Below, piece by piece: positions 29,301 through 39,112 of a stretch of DNA of 64,000 nucleotides (within the stretch, counting starts at the first letter, position 1; each line of letters starts with the position of its first letter). Origin of the DNA: Antedon mediterranea (taxonomy: Eukaryota > Animalia > Echinodermata). The position numbers were made by a program, and so were the translations under genes. Location: contig NC_092678.1 of the NCBI RefSeq assembly GCF_964355755.1, positions 6,402,422-6,466,421 on the forward strand. Direction: 5' to 3'. The notes below the pieces were generated by a model, which saw only the letters and a list, made by a program, of their open reading frames with translations, made no database searches and was not told the origin of the DNA.

Positions 29301-32300
29301 GAAGATGAGCAACCAGTGATTGGGCATTCAGGAGAAGCTAGTAAGTGTTGTCGTGCCTAGAAGGAGGAGGGAAGAGATCCTCTTTTTAGCATCTACTCTA
29401 TGGATAACATACATGCCAGCACTCGTGGGAGACTCCCGTATTTTAAACTTGTCTGCCGGCCTAACATCGTGCTCCCGGTTTTTCACATTTCCTCCCGGAC
29501 TACAAAGATAACTGAATTTTTATATATATGTTATATATTATACAGATATTGACTGCTTAGAGGTTAAATATAAGATTTGACATCCCCGAGGGAATGATAT
29601 TAATTTTTATATATATGTTATATATATATTTTTATTTATATTTATTATTATATATTACTTTTATACTTATTTAGCACATCCCAAATTTGACAAAGAAGCA
29701 GTTGGTGTGCTCTCAAAAGCATTGTTTATCAAACCACATAATTGATTATAATGACACTTAACACACGTAATTACACAGATCCTTTCAGGCAGAATTTTAT
29801 TTGAATAAATACAATGCGGTTTACATGTTTATATTTATAGACCTTATTTTCAAATTATAATTTAGTTGCTGAGGTTTAGTGTGATGGTTGTTTTAACGTT
29901 CTTTTTTTTCCAGAACCCGGAGCAGCCCCCACTGATGTAACTGTTGACCCCAACCCAACCAGTATTCGTGTTAATTGGACTGCTATTCCAAAGGATCAAG
30001 AAAATGGAAAACTTTTGAGAACTAAGGTAAACATAAATTTGGATTTACAGATGTGATTTACTTATATACCACCATCAATGTGGTAATAGATTACTAATCA
30101 CATGCGTGGGTATACAACAGATTCATTTCAATTGAAAAAACACCACAGAACACAATTTTGTTTATAAAACACAGCAAACTTCATGAATGGAATTCACCCC
30201 TTTTTTTTCTTCTCTAGATCTTTGTGAAACAAGGCTTAATACAAGTAGCATCAACTACCTGTCCCAATGAGCCAACATCATGTGTGGTTGGAGACCTAAA
30301 GCCAAATACAGATTATGAAGTGACTGTCGGAGTGGAGAATAGCAAGGGCCTAAGTCCTTCTAGTACATCTGTTTCCACAACTACAACTGAAGGAGGTAGA
30401 CAACATGGATTTATTTGAGTAGAGCCACAACTGAGGAGACATCTTGGGACCCAAAAAGCGTCTCCTCAGTAGAAGTTGGCTGTAGTGTAACACATATTTC
30501 CCCTCTTTTATATCACAGGATAGTGTTCCCTTAATAGGAGTGTCTCCTGATTTAGGGGCATCCCAAAGTAGACCCACTAAACCACAGAAGCTCTTTATAA
30601 ACCCTTACAATATGTATTGTGTATATTTAATATGTGTTATAATGCATACATTTGTGATTTGTTAATTAATACATAATAATATTTCTCATTTGCATATATT
30701 AGCACCTGGTCAAGTTCAAAATTTTATGGCGACTGTGTTATCGGATAGAATGAAACTTACCTGGGGAGATCCACTAAAACCAAATGGTGTGATTCAAGGT
30801 TTCAACATCGTATATAACAAAAGTAAGAATGTTTTATTTTTTATTTGGTAACATTTGTCAATTTTATTGCCATAATATATAGTTATAAAATTATTTTATA
30901 ATTATATATCTTATATAGAATACAATGATAACAACCACCAAACATTGTTTATTCATTTGTCCATAAAGATGAAAACTGAGATGTTACCCCAAGCCCTATT
31001 TTGAGAAGACTTGTTCTACAATGGTTTGATGGCTATGGTTTGCACTGCCCCTGCCTTAACAGCTTGACAACATTACTTGTGTAGCAAATAAAAAAACACA
31101 GTCTGATACCACGTCTATTATTTTATACTCGCATTTAAGCACATCCGTTTTTGTTGTTTGTCTATTCTATATGTTATCCTACAACGTTCTAATTGTTATG
31201 ATTAAAATCAACAACCTGTAAATTTTATTCAAATTATCTTAATTATCTTAATTATCTTAATTATCCGCTCCAAGTTACCTGAGAGATATTCTTACTGTGT
31301 GGAATGTTTCTCGCAGTACTCGTTCAAGCACCAGCAATTATAACCTGACAATCCCACGAACTAAATGAAAGACATTTGCTGACCGTTCGCTCGCCGTAGC
31401 AGGACCCAAAATTTGGAACAGATTACCAATTCACATTGAACACTTAGACGACTATAATCAGTTTAAAAAACATTTAAAAGCACTATATTTCAAACAATGT
31501 TACGATACTAATTGATGTGAAGCGCCGCTGATTATAATTAAATGTTGTATAAATGTGCGCTATACAAGTAATAATAATAATAATAATAATAACACACCAT
31601 TCAAATGCAAGTATTTTCAACCAGTAACTTTCGTAAACACTACATCATCCAGTCAACTTTCTTTCTCTCTATCTTTTTATGGTTTTTTTTTTTTTTTTTT
31701 CGGTTATATTATAGTCAATGCACAGGTGGCTGGAGAAGATATTAAAGTTGTTGTATCACCTGATACCTACAAATTCGTCGCAAAGGACCTAGAACCAGGT
31801 GAAACATATGCAATCTCTATAAAGGCCTTTACAAACGCAGCTCCGGGTGAGGTGACGAAACGCGAGCTTACGATGAGGCCAAAGGGAAGTAAGTATGATT
31901 GTAATTATCGTTTATTATTATTGCATCTTACTTGAGGTTCAAAATGGGGAAATGAGTTAAAATTGTCACTGCCATTTGTCACTTGTTTACTACCAAAGTC
32001 TGTTTCAATGTTATTTTCAAATCGTTTATTAGATCATACCTATAACATAAGAAATCCACATAAATTGTATGTTCCATTTGTTAAACTTAGAAAAAGCCAG
32101 TTTTTTATTACTTATTTAGGACCAACGTATTGGAATAATCTAGATTCAACTGCCATCAATCATTTATATACTGTAAATTCATTTAGAAAGCATATAAAAA
32201 TCCTTTATTTATCTTGTTACCAAACCTACTAAATATGTTGCGCACTGTATAATTTATTTAATTGTATGCGTTGTATTTGTATATTTATACGGTACCGTTC

Positions 32301-35300
32301 TTATTTTTGTTTGAATTATTATTATTATTTTAGGGGTCAATGTGAGACAAGTTCTACTTCTAATTTTGATCCCTAAGATGGTCTTATATTAATTGTTTAT
32401 GATTGTTTATTGTAATATTGTTTGTTATATATTGTGACCATCTTAAATAAATGTATTATTGAATTGAATTGAATTGAATTGAAATCACAAATTTGATTGT
32501 GTTGTCTTGTTTGAATCTTAAAGCTTTGTCTATGCTTTCAAACTCTATGTGATAAAAAAATTTGATGTGCCCATATATGGACATGATGATGTGATATCAC
32601 TACGACATTTGGGCACATCACACTTTTTTTGACAAACTAAATTGATAGTGTAGACAAAACTCAAGTAAGATACTGTACAGGCATTACATCGTCCTTCAGA
32701 TGGAGTGTTTAGTTGGTCATATTCAGAAATATGTGCCTATGCTCAACTTGTTAGACTACACAGTTTTGTTAAGCAATAGTTCTGCAAACATCATAGGTTT
32801 GATTTCACACAGGCGGGGCCAAACGCAATGATTGGAAGGGCATTTTCTTACGTTGAGTAGATTGCGTTACGTTGCATTGCTAGTGGGAACCAAGTATTAA
32901 TAATTATGGTTATATTACATTGTACATTATAGGATAACTTTAAATTCAATACAACATTATCCTACGGTCAATTGGAGTACCTTTACACGTTATGATACAG
33001 TCGAATCCGCCTAAGTCGAAAAAAAAAAAATCGTGAAAGTCAAATTTTTATGAATTAAAGTCCAAATTGAGTCTCATTAGATTCGACTTAGGTGGAGTCA
33101 ACTGTACCTTATTTACATGTAGATAATAGTGAGCTTTCATTTTGTGACAGTAGACGAACAAAGAGATGTCCATGTACTTCTCCCTGAACTGCCCTTCATA
33201 TACACTTTACAAGTTCTCTCTATTTTTTTTGGTTTTGCTCAATTGCTTATATTTTTCCTAAATCTGTTGCCGTTTTTAGGGTTTTTTGATGAATTTCCTT
33301 ATATCCAAAGATTGATAGCATTATTTAAAAATCGAGTGTTTTGTTTCTTTTTGCTTCTTAGGACCAACTGTTATCACTGGCACAATAGATATCACTACAA
33401 CTGACAATGAGGCTACTGTAGTTTGGGAAGCCAATACAGAGGGTCCAGCAGCATCAACATTTCTAATAAGCTACAAAAGGGCAGATGGTGAGTGTAGTAC
33501 TGTAATAGGTTTTAATGTCAGAGTTCAATTTTTGTAAACTTGCTTGATACTATCAAGTGCGAAAAGTGGTTAAATTTACCTGGTTTATAGTCTAGTGCGA
33601 ACAGGGATTTAAACTATTTATTATTATCCCTCAGGGTGTAAATCACCTTTGAGGATTTAGAGGGCTAACCCCGGTACCATAAAAAATTATTGCGTTTTTT
33701 ATTTGTTTTTATCTGTTTTTTATTGTTCTTTTCATGTATGGTATCGAAATAAATAAAATCTGAATACATTTTCAAGAGAAGCTTCTCTAGATACATTAAA
33801 GATGTAGTGTCTCCTGAAAACCATTTTGCAGTTTTAATAAAGTTATTCACCTATGTAAAAAAAAACACCAAAAATCATTATTTCACTTATAAAAAGACAA
33901 AAGAAATGTTTAATTTTAAATGAAAACCGTTGTCTAACAGACAATTTATGTATTTTTTGCTATACTTTTTTTCGGGTAAATAATTTTTATTTTTCGATCA
34001 AGTTTTTTTAGGGGAAACGTAAATATCTTTTTTTTTTTTATTTCAAGATGATGATGGTGATTATTCTATACCAATTGAAGTATCAGCCTTTCAAAATCCA
34101 TTAAGTGTTGAATTGGTTGGCTTGGATCCTGGCACCAAATATAAAGGAATAATAAAATCTGTCAATGATGAGGGTTACATAATTAAAGAAATAGAAATGG
34201 TCACTGGTGGAGTTGGTAAGTATGGAGAGCCAATTGTGCATTATGGAAAGGCAATTCGAAAGTGATTAGCACTCATGGCAATCCCCAGGGTATTGCACCG
34301 TTGTCATAAATGAATGTTTTTAACTGTTTGATGTTCAGAGATTTAATGTTTTTAACTCTTTGATGTTCAGAGATTTAATGTTTTTAACTGTTTGATGTTC
34401 AGAGATTTTAATGTTTTTAACTGTTTTTTTTTTTATTATTGTACAATTTGTATATGTAATTTACTCTCAATTCAATGTTATATATTACAACGAGTAGAAT
34501 GAATACAACCAGAAATAAAATATGTAAAATATTTTTGATAAATAATTTGTGTCGGAAGAATTCAGTTGGATTAAAAAAGTTCACTCTGACATAAAAATAA
34601 ATGCATATATTTTGCACTTTCCACCATCTAATACTATACTGTAAAAATTATTAACCAATAGATGCACTGATTATGTTTATTTTTTATTAATTTTTTTTTT
34701 ATTCCGGTAGTATATAAAAACATTACAAAAAGCAGAACAAGTCTGAAATTATTGTAGTACATATAATAAAAAGTTACATTACAGAAAAAAAATACAAAAA
34801 AATTTACAATATGCATGAAAAAATAAATATACTGTACATTAATCATTAAAATTTATCCAATAGAGCAAAAATGCAATGTCATAAAAAAAATAGATCATTT
34901 CTTCATTCATTTTATCAGTACAAAGTATCATTACTTAGATTCACTAGTATTTTAAATATATTTATCAACAATATTGCAATGTCATAAAAAAAATAGATCA
35001 TTTTTCATTCATTTTATCAGTACAAAGTATAATTTAGGTTCACTAGTATTTGAAATATATTTATATATTTATCAAGGTTTTAATTTATTTTAAGCAATAA
35101 CACAGTACTGTATAAAACTGACTCCAAATTAACATTTTAACATTATTTTATCTATATACAATATAATAATCATCAACAAAATGATAATAAACATGTAGAT
35201 GTTTTCTTTTTTTAGCCAAGAGTACGGACACTGGGTCTACAATTCAACCGTGGTTAATAGCTATGATTTGTATTGTGTTGCTCCTTGTGTTAGTATTACT

Positions 35301-38300
35301 ACTACTATGCTTCATTAGGAGTCAAAAGGGAGGCAAATACAATGGTAAGTAGAAGTATGTCGGCTTATGAAGTGCCTATTATATGGGAAAATAACTATTA
35401 TTGGAGACTTGACCATATACATTAAACAGATCTAAACTTGCAATGTATTATTATAATTAACTGTTTTATTTTTGGGCACCTTACATTTCCAATTGAAATG
35501 GTATGTACACACTAATAATGCACTCTATTTTACACCTCTCTTTTTTATGCACCCTGAAAAAGAACTCATCCCTGGGATCATCCCTAAGGAATAGGGAATA
35601 GGTATCGACTCCATAGGAATAGGTATCGACTCCATAGGAATAGTTATCGACTCCATAGGAATAGTTATCGACTCCATCAGAATAGGTATCGACTCAATCA
35701 GAATAGGTATCGACTCAATCAGAATAGGTATCGACTCCATCAGAATAGGTATCGACTCCATCAGAATAGGTATCGACTCCATGAGAATAGGTATCGACTC
35801 CATGAGAATAGGTATCGACTCCATGAGAATAGGTATCAACTCCATGAGAATAGGTATCGACTCCATGAGAATAGGTATCGACTCAATGGAAATAGGTATC
35901 GACTCAATGGAAATAGGTATCGACTCAATGGGAATAGGTATCGACTCCATGGAATAGGTATCGACTCAATGGAAATAGGTATCGACTCCATGGGAATAGG
36001 TATCGACTCAATGGGAATAGGTATCGACTCAATGGGAATAGGTATCGACTCAATGGAAATAGGTATCGACTCAATGGGAATAGGTATCGACTCAATGGGA
36101 ATAGGTATCGACTCAATGGGAATAGGTATCGACTCCATGGAATAGGTATCGACTCAATGGAAATAGGTATCGACTCAATGGGAATAGGTATCGACTCAAT
36201 GGGAATAGGTATCGACTCCATGAAATAGGTATCGACTCCATGGAATAGGTATCGACTCCATGGGAATAGGTATCGACTCAATTGGAATAGGTATCGACTC
36301 AATAGGAATAGGTATCGACTCAATAAGAATAGGTGTTAACTCCATGGGAATAGGTGTTGACTCCATGGGAATAGGTATTGACTCCATGGGAATAGGTATT
36401 GACTCCATGGGAATAGGTATTGACTCCATGGGAATAGGTATTGACTCCATGGGAATAGGTATTGACTCCATGGGAATAGGTATTGACTCAATGGGAATAG
36501 GTATCAACTCAATGGGAATAGGTGTTGACTCCATGAGAATAGGTGTTGACTCCATAGGAATAGGTATTGATTCCATGAGAATAGGTGTTGACTCAATGGG
36601 AATAGGTATCGACTCAATGGGAATAGGTATCGACTCCATGGGAATAGGTATCGACTACATGGGAATAGGTATCGACTCAATGGGAATAGGTATCGACTCA
36701 ATGGGAATAGGTATCGACTCAATGGGAATAGGTATCGACTTCATGGGAATAGGTATCGACTCCTAGGGAATAGGTATCGACTCCTAGGGAATAGGTATCG
36801 ACTTCTAGGGAATAGGTATCCACTCCATGGGAAGGTATCCACTCCAAGGAAGGGAATAGGTATTGACTCCAAGGGGAAATTAGAAATAGGTGTGTCGACT
36901 TGTGGATAGATACCTTGAGTTAAGTTACTTACTTTAATATGGTAATGGTTAGCCTTGATCAATGTTGTCAAAGCATGGACTATAAAATGCATACTCATTA
37001 TCAAAATTAAATATTAACATGCTATCATATTCTGTTAAAAATATATTTATCCATTGCTTCGCACCTTAGTTTACAATATGCTTGCAAATTAAATTTTTCT
37101 TTTTGCTCGTTTTATTTTTTCCCCAATTTTGGTGATTAATTTCAGTATCTGATAAGGAAGATGCATTAAGACAATTGGACTTAGAAGCAACGCCTTTAAA
37201 AGACCAGAATGGATTCACTGAGTATTCTCCAACAGAGTAAGTTCAAGGAAGCACCATAACGAATAATTAAGCATAACAAATGTTGGGTTTTTTTTCATTT
37301 CATTTATTTGGCATCATCGTAGGATAAAATAATATATCAATATAAAATAAATTTTACAAAAGGTAAAGATACACACTGTTCAGTTGTAATTTAAGTTAAG
37401 AAAGAAAAACATAATACAGTATATACACGTAACTCCTTTGTGCTCAATTTTAAAACCTTTTGGGCATAAATGTTGGGCACAGTGCATTATAAGCATAATA
37501 CTGGGAATAGTACTGCGAAGGATTGTGTTTGTCTTCATTAAACAATATAAAAACAGTTTCCAAATTGTTAGAAAAAAAATAATACAAAATAAAATATATA
37601 TTAATAAATAAAATATATACAAAAAATATAAAAAGTATTTAAAAAATAAATAAAAAAGATGTAAATACTAAATAATTAATTCCTGAGCTGGTGCAATTTT
37701 GATCCTACCCTGAAGTAGATATAGACATTTAAATTTAGGTTTTTTTTAATCCAATTTGAAAAAAATACAATAAGTACAGGTATAGTTACATTTATGTAAT
37801 AATGAATTGATAGGTAATAATAGTCTTTTAATTCTCTTAACTTAGATCAGAATTTTATGTGTAAGGTATGAATTTTAAAATATCAAAACATTTTTTTTAT
37901 TAACATTTTTATTTTGGTTCTATGTTGTGTATTTGCTGTTTTTGTTTTTAATGTTTTTTTTTTTGTTTATGCCTGACATCACAATATTTTCTGCATCCAA
38001 AAAAAAAAAAATTGTTAAGCTCTGTCTACAATATCAAACTTTATGTGAGAAAAAAATGTTGTGTGCCCATATATGGACATGATGATGTCATAAAAAATGA
38101 AATGAAAAAATGAAAAATATCACTACCATATTTGGCCACATCACATTTTTTTTTAGTGAAACTAGTTTGATAGTGTAGACAGAGCTTAAGGGTTACATTT
38201 TCTGCAGTACAGTCAACTATCCCAAAATCTGTCCACCATTGCACTTGCCCCAAAATTCAGGTTTCACAATGCATTTAACATGAAAAGAATTTCAAAGTTT

Positions 38301-39112
38301 CAAGACATCGTGACACATTTGAGGTCGGGGAGTTCGGTTTTAGGAAGTTCGACTGTATTGTGTAATTAGAATCACTTATGACTGCTATGTTTTATGTTCA
38401 TCTGGGTCACAAAACGAGGTGTTTGAGGGAGGTCTGCATGAAAAAAGCTGTCATTACCAAACTGATTTTTAATAATGTATTGACATAAACTGTATGAGAA
38501 TTACAGTTGTGTTTTGATGTGATGCAACAAGAAACTATCTAAATATTATTATAAAGATTATATGAAAGAATAATTATTATTAAAGTTTTGGGAGTGATTT
38601 CTTATTACTATTAAAAAATTCATATAGCAAATAATGAAAAAATATGCAAATAATTTGTTGGCCATGTCCAGTAAATAAACCTCGTAACAACTTGTCTGGA
38701 TTTTATGCATACTTGTTTTCTTAAACTTTGGAAAATTGTACCATTTTTTTTTTTTGTGGCATAATTTTGATGCTGATTTGGATATGTTTAACAGCCTTAA
38801 ATTATAACCATTTAAATATTCGGTGATAGTTTATTTTTAACAGGTTGAAGTGGAGAAACATATTGTCAAACTCTATCTAAATCATCAATAATAACGTTTT
38901 TTTTTTTCAGTGATTCATGCGAAGAAAAGGATCCTTTAAAAAACCTAGAGAGTGCGGGAAATGACGAGAGTGAAGACGATAGCCTTGCAGACTACGCTGA
39001 AGGTGGCGGAGATCAATTCAACGAAGATGGATCCTTTATTAACGAATATGGTGACAATCGGCGATCTAACGATAAGGAATCGTCCAACGCAGCATACAAC
39101 ACATTTGTGTAG
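14312..39112 (+). CDS. Nrg: L1CAM/neuroglian (NrCAM/neurofascin-like) cell adhesion molecule, multi-exon, about 1245 aa: signal peptide, 6 Ig, 5 FN3, TM, cytoplasmic tail
   Basis: Manually spliced with GT-AG introns in consistent phase: 14312-14381, [15848-15865], 19576-19720, 20295-20491, 20861-21145, 21455-21566, 21708-21880, 22424-22549, 23365-23499, 23902-24029, [24242-24274], 27419-27575, 27790-28044, 28394-28764, 29109-29340, 29914-30026, 30218-30395, 30703-30822, 31715-31888, 33362-33487, 34048-34215, 35216-35344, 37146-37236, 38911-39112 (3738 nt). L1-family tail: KGGKYNV...FTEY...DDSLADY...QFNEDGSFINEY. Confidence 0.95.
15848..15865 (+). CDS. Nrg: L1/neuroglian 18-nt N-terminal microexon (LTLERP)
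   Basis: Long polypyrimidine tract ending tctatag, donor CAG|gtaaaa, symmetric phase 1-1, no stop. Confidence 0.7.
18965..19150 (+). mobile_element. tRNA-derived SINE with Deu-like core (partial)
   Basis: Shares ATCGGCAAGAGTTTGAGGCTCACTCGCTCCATGG...TTCTCGGA.AAGGAC with the copy at 23020-23293. Confidence 0.7.
19576..19720 (+). CDS. Nrg: L1/neuroglian exon, Ig1 first half (DPPDIT...IWCVVKGQV)
   Basis: tccag acceptor, PP motif and first Ig Cys; phase-2 donor AG|gtagga required by the next exon. Confidence 0.85.
20295..20491 (+). CDS. Nrg: L1/neuroglian exon, Ig1 second half (VSWYFN...GNYHCEAENRLGRAMS)
   Basis: Ig core Trp and GxYxC motif, AG/GT sites. Confidence 0.93.
20861..21145 (+). CDS. 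Nrg: L1/neuroglian exon, Ig2
   Basis: LNCQP...ISW...DQTGNLYISN...DAGTYKC; overlaps ORF 20923-21204. Confidence 0.95.
21455..21566 (+). CDS. Nrg: L1/neuroglian exon, Ig3 first half
   Basis: RRPVIVY...LKIQCIAQG, phase-2 donor. Confidence 0.92.
21708..21880 (+). CDS. Nrg: L1/neuroglian exon, Ig3 second half
   Basis: YPTPTIKW...DAGTYRCTAENSQG. Confidence 0.95.
22424..22549 (+). CDS. Nrg: L1/neuroglian exon, Ig4 first half
   Basis: AAPY...FTCDPQGVPEPTFQWMVDG. Confidence 0.93.
23020..23293 (-). mobile_element. tRNA-derived SINE with Deu-like core (DeuSINE)
   Basis: Minus strand: A-box-like TGGCTGAACCGTT, B-box-like GTTTGAGGC, then GTCTTCTCGGATAAGGAC...TTAAAGAACC...AGTAGG...CCCCGGTGT resembling the Deu domain. 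Confidence 0.7.
23365..23499 (+). CDS. Nrg: L1/neuroglian exon, Ig4 second half
   Basis: TLSVINITKDDSAVFQCMIMNDYG. Confidence 0.93.
23902..24029 (+). CDS. Nrg: L1/neuroglian exon, Ig5 first half
   Basis: EGKDANFTCQFIGKPPPTVTW; the acceptor could instead be at 23911 (same frame). Confidence 0.88.
24242..24274 (+). CDS. Nrg: Candidate 33-nt in-frame cassette exon inside Ig5 (GVSIFNLTADQ)
   Basis: ctaat branch-like site, tttcag acceptor, CAG|gtaagg donor, phase 0-0, downstream TGCATG cluster. Confidence 0.6.
24548..24714. mobile_element. pogo/Tigger-like MITE, family B (CAGTAGAACC termini, GGGGACAC repeats)
   Basis: TACAGTAGAGCCTC...GGGGTTCTATTG; degenerate copies near 6312-6460, 11964-12088, 20085-20250, 20590-20823, 25150-25308, 28070-28360, 30420-30570, 51055-51200, 51664-51870, 54640-54850. 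Confidence 0.65.
25345..25975. repeat. C-rich ~20-bp minisatellite (ATGATCGCCTCTACTCCCCT variants)
   Basis: About 30 units, with a higher-order block repeated at ~229-bp offset. Confidence 0.9.
26634..27361. repeat. 88-bp tandem repeat x about 8, near-identical
   Basis: TTTCCCAATT recurs at 26663, 26751, 26839, 26927, 27015, 27103, 27191, 27279. Confidence 0.95.
27419..27575 (+). CDS. Nrg: L1/neuroglian exon, Ig5 second half
   Basis: SMLTVRTVSIKDDAGEYSCYVENDFG. Confidence 0.93.
27608..27738. mobile_element. MITE family A copy
   Basis: Same TIRs, TWA flanks. Confidence 0.8.
27790..28044 (+). CDS. Nrg: L1/neuroglian exon, Ig6
   Basis: VTLNCRA...YTW...TGAYTCIASTDLD. Confidence 0.94.
28394..28764 (+). 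CDS. Nrg: L1/neuroglian exon, FN3-1 and start of FN3-2
   Basis: LEWEAG...NSPITGF...YSFRMAAVNDIG...TMTITWD. Confidence 0.95.
29109..29340 (+). CDS. Nrg: L1/neuroglian exon, FN3-2
   Basis: GFKYIVMWRR...IKVIAVNDQGKGP...GHSGE. Confidence 0.95.
29914..30026 (+). CDS. Nrg: L1/neuroglian exon, FN3-3 first half
   Basis: PGAAPTDV...SIRVNW...NGKL. Confidence 0.92.
30218..30395 (+). CDS. Nrg: L1/neuroglian exon, FN3-3 second half
   Basis: LKPNTDYEVTVGVENSKG...TEG. Confidence 0.93.
30703..30822 (+). CDS. Nrg: L1/neuroglian exon, FN3-4 first half
   Basis: APGQV...LTWGDPLKPNGVIQGF. Confidence 0.92.
31315..31592 (+). mobile_element. L2/CR1-group LINE 3' fragment
   Basis: Degenerate ORF2 end (TRSS...LTIPRTK*KTFADRSLAVAGPKIWNRLP...FKKHLK) plus GCGCTATACAAG(TAA)n tail. 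Confidence 0.8.
31715..31888 (+). CDS. Nrg: L1/neuroglian exon, FN3-4 second half
   Basis: DLEPGETYAISIKAFTNAAPG. Confidence 0.92.
31963..32482 (+). mobile_element. CR1/Crack-group LINE 3' fragment
   Basis: HTYNIRN...LYVP...YLGPTYWNNL...SFRKHIK, then 3' UTR, AATAAA and (TTGAA)n tail. Confidence 0.8.
32998..33104. mobile_element. Small pogo/Tigger-like MITE
   Basis: TA-CAGTCGAATCCGCCTAAGTCGAA...TTCGACTTAGGTGGAGTCAACTG-TA; a related element at 38210-38355. Confidence 0.7.
33362..33487 (+). CDS. Nrg: L1/neuroglian exon, FN3-5 first half
   Basis: ATVVWE...FLISYKR; AG/GT sites, phase 1-1. Confidence 0.88.
34048..34215 (+). CDS. Nrg: L1/neuroglian exon, FN3-5 second half
   Basis: LVGLDPGTKYKGII. 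Confidence 0.88.
34313..34423. repeat. ~32-bp tandem repeat x about 3.5
   Basis: ATGTTTTTAACTGTTTGATGTTCAGAGATTTA repeated. Confidence 0.85.
34870..35075. repeat. ~100-bp tandem duplication
   Basis: TGCAATGTCATAAAAAAAATAGATCATTT...CACTAGTATTT occurs twice. Confidence 0.8.
35216..35344 (+). CDS. Nrg: L1/neuroglian exon, transmembrane helix and KGGKY motif
   Basis: WLIAMICIVLLLVLVLLLLCFIRSQKGGKYN. Confidence 0.95.
35595..36870. repeat. 21-bp minisatellite x about 60 (GGAATAGGTATCGACTC(C/A)ATG)
   Basis: Direct inspection; source of the MESIPIP / MGIGIDS / SRYLFP ORFs. Confidence 0.97.
37146..37236 (+). CDS. Nrg: L1/neuroglian exon, membrane-proximal cytoplasmic segment
   Basis: VSDKED...PLKDQNGFTEYSPT, phase-2 donor. 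Confidence 0.93.
37846..37865 (+). CDS. Nrg: Candidate alternative microexon giving a short C-terminus ...PTESEFYV-stop
   Basis: ttctcttaacttag acceptor, AAG|gtatga donor; reads GA|A TCA GAA TTT TAT GTG TAA from the upstream phase-2 donor. Confidence 0.55.
38018..38186. mobile_element. MITE family A copy
   Basis: Same TIRs, TWA flanks. Confidence 0.8.
38911..39112 (+). CDS. Nrg: L1/neuroglian terminal exon: ankyrin-binding region and PDZ ligand
   Basis: DDSLADYAEGGGDQFNEDGSFINEYG...YNTFV-TAG. Confidence 0.95.

Noticed and set aside
35525-37004. Long ORFs (MESIPIP..., MGIGIDS..., SRYLFP...)
   Set aside because: Translations of a 21-bp minisatellite inside an intron; no splice sites or domain content
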